DNA of 64,000 nucleotides, taken from the NCBI GenBank assembly GCA_963924565.1, contig OZ004614.1, forward strand, positions 7,688,001 through 7,752,000. Direction: 5' to 3'. Within the stretch, counting starts at the first letter, position 1. Each line of letters opens with the position of its first letter. Source of the DNA: Ascidiella aspersa. Its lineage: Eukaryota. The notes under the pieces are model-generated. The model saw only the letters and a program-made list of their open reading frames with translations. It made no database searches and had not been told where the DNA came from. Shown one piece after another: positions 61,859-64,000 of the stretch. The translations under genes and the position numbers were made by a program.

Positions 61859-64000
61859 TTATTTGTCGATTGCGTTTGCCAGGCTTGTAAGTAAAGAAAC
61901 AGAGCAGCGCTTGGCGTAAGCAATTGGATTCGATCCAGTTGCGAGTTTGTAGCCGCTGTAAAGCAGCAGCAGAGTCCCGATGCTCACTGAGGCCATCGTT
62001 TCGCGTTTTATGCGCGCGAATATCGGGTGTTCTTTCCACAATTCCTTGATTATGTCTCCCCCGACGTTTTTGTGCGGGTACGGGGTGTCGGGAACCTCTT
62101 TGCCCAAGAACTTGCAAAGACTTTCCCAACCGTCTTTGGCGGAGTGGATTAACAACCTGTCTTTCGGCGCGTTCTGAAATAGTTTGAGTTAACATTATAA
62201 AATCTATAAGTTTTTAAAAACCAGACTTAAAGATTCAGGTTAAAAAAAATGAATTGCAGTAGGATGATTACAAAGTGTCGAAAGCCTAGTAAAGATAGTT
62301 ACCGGTGAATGCTCGTTGAACAAGTATTTTTGTTAAATACTACAAACCTACATTTTTGATTCCATTTGGCCGTTTTAAGATAACTGGAAAAAGCGATTCC
62401 ATGGTTCGAATCTTGCTAATGCAGCACCCAACCAACTTTTTTTTTTCAATAAAACACCTCTAAAATTATTTCCGACAAACGTTTAAGTTTACCTGCAGAA
62501 CATTTGCGTTATGTCTCCTGTAAGTCATCCTTAACAGAATTTCGGGCATGGGTCGCCTTTGGAACAAATTTTGGGTTCGCTCGCATCCGAAAATTGCTCT
62601 GACTACAATAAAAAGGTTTGGAAGAACAATCAGAGAAAGTTCGTTGTTAAAAAGCAGTTGTTTTTTCTAACATTACATTCGTAAGAAACAAAGCTTTGCG
62701 GTCGCAGCGTTAGGATACATAAGTTTGCGATACCTCACATTAGGCTGGCAGAATTTTGCCACCCTTCTAGTGACAAGCTTTTTTTGCCTAAATTCTTCGT
62801 TGTTTTATTTATTATAAACAATCTATCCTGGCACAGCCTTTTTCCCCACTGAACAACGTCCTTCGTACTACCGCAACTTTTTCAGAAGGGCACAAAAAAT
62901 TATATTTTCGTCAATTGTGTATGTGCCTAATGTTCCTACATTTTCGGCAATTTATATGTGGAAATAACCACAACTTTTATTTGTAAAATAGTTCTTTAAA
63001 TAAAATTTCTGCACCAATTTCTTTGGTTTTCACGTTGATTCTTTGGCCGACATACTCGCCAAGTCACAAGTGTTGTTCCATACTGCTATAGACATACCTG
63101 GAAAGTCGCAATGTTTCGAATTTAGCAGTTAGTTTCACAAAAAAATATTCTCACCAACGCATTGTGAAACTTTAAACAGTCGGGCGTTGGTTGGTGACAA
63201 TAAGGGAAATAGGCGAAAGTACCACTTGTTCTCGGCGTTTATCTGTCTTTGCATACTTGCCATCCAGGTATCCTCGTTGTCGCGCATTGAGAATATAATC
63301 TTCACGACCAAAATAAAAATAAAAAAGTTTAAGGTAAAAAGTTTTTTCAAGTTCAAAATTGATTTCTAACATCCACACTTTGTTAATTGTTAAAACACAT
63401 ATGTGTGTGCTGGTTTCAGCGAATAATGATATGCTACTGTAGACCCCCTTCAATATGAAGTTGCTTTTTCTAACAGATTGTGGCAAGCATTGGCGTATGG
63501 TTGTTTCTCAACTAGCTTCTCTCTTAGCCTGTGTCGCTCAGTTGGTAGAGCGATGATCCTGGTATGACCGGGGGTCATGAGTTCGAACCTCACTGCAGGC
63601 TAGTTCTTTTTCTAGCCTGCCCTGCTTGCATCATTGATCGACACATTCGGTAAGTCTGCAATGGCTTGCGGTGTACTAAGAGTGTTTGTATTAAGATTTT
63701 GAAGCCTGTTGAAAAAATTCTCAAAAAACACTGGTTCGAGATTTTTAATTGAATAAAAAAATGTTGGAAATTTTCTCGCATCGTTAAACCTACTCTTTAG
63801 TATTTTAAAAATCCAAGTCATTTTCTTTTATGTTGCTTACCTTTGCTTCGGGAAATGCTTTGTGGATTTCGTCCCAAAAATAACAGGCTGGGACGTCGGT
63901 TACAGCATCAACGTTCTCGTACATTCGACGAAAGTCTTCGGTAGTTCCTCCGTGCAGCAAAATGCGAGACCATTCGTCGCCGTGAAATGCAAAATGCTCG
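61859..64000 (-). CDS. P-loop sulfotransferase-like protein (Sulfotransfer_4-type), copy B; start codon lies beyond the right edge
   Basis: Exons 63841->64000 (..DAVTDVPACYFWDEIHKAFPEAK), 63155-63299 (IIFSMRDNEDTWMASM..), 62493-62602 (..YRRHNANVLQ) and 61859-62173 (NAPKDRLLIHSAKDGWESLCKFLGKEVPDTPYPHKN.. hydrophobic tail, stop). All GT-AG and in frame. Confidence 0.85.
63448..63679 (+). mobile_element. Second copy of the tRNA-core repeat (tRNA-like part 63527-63601)
   Basis: GCTCAGTTGGTAGAGC..GAGTTCGAACCTCACTGCAGGC with the same upstream (TGAAGTTGCTT..TGGTTGTTTCTC) and downstream (..GGTGTACTA) flanks as the 45-kb copy. Confidence 0.8.

Overview
AT-rich, intron-containing animal genomic DNA. 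Gene content and repeat style suggest an ascidian or similar marine invertebrate, but this is inference. I assembled four kinds of protein-coding locus by hand from GT-AG exons with consistent phase. (1) The 5' part of a small-acidic-protein (SMAP/C11orf58-like) gene, minus strand, 1-2822. (2) A 9-exon, 836-aa type I membrane protein with two very divergent CUB-like ectodomain modules and a ~490-aa tyrosine-motif-rich tail, plus strand, 14484-27379. (3) A 14-exon, 656-aa secreted and probably GPI-anchored three-domain multicopper oxidase whose copper motifs resemble bacterial MCOs, plus strand, 42846-54611. (4) A minus-strand family of P-loop sulfotransferase-like genes: one apparently intact copy running off the right end, one copy lacking half of its last exon, and an orphan frameshifted last exon on the far side of the oxidase. 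Non-coding DNA is dense in repeats: Buster/Charlie-type hAT MITEs with NNNTANNN target duplications, a GACTT-rich MITE family, a Tc1/mariner remnant, a 9 x 118-bp hairpin-rich intronic tandem array, and a dispersed repeat with an internal tRNA-like cloverleaf. There are also 3-4 fold-back elements carrying minimal hammerhead-ribozyme motifs typical of Penelope-like retroelements. The best leads are the hammerhead-bearing fold-back family, the oxidase nested among sulfotransferase-like genes, and the orphan receptor/adaptor. No database searches were run.
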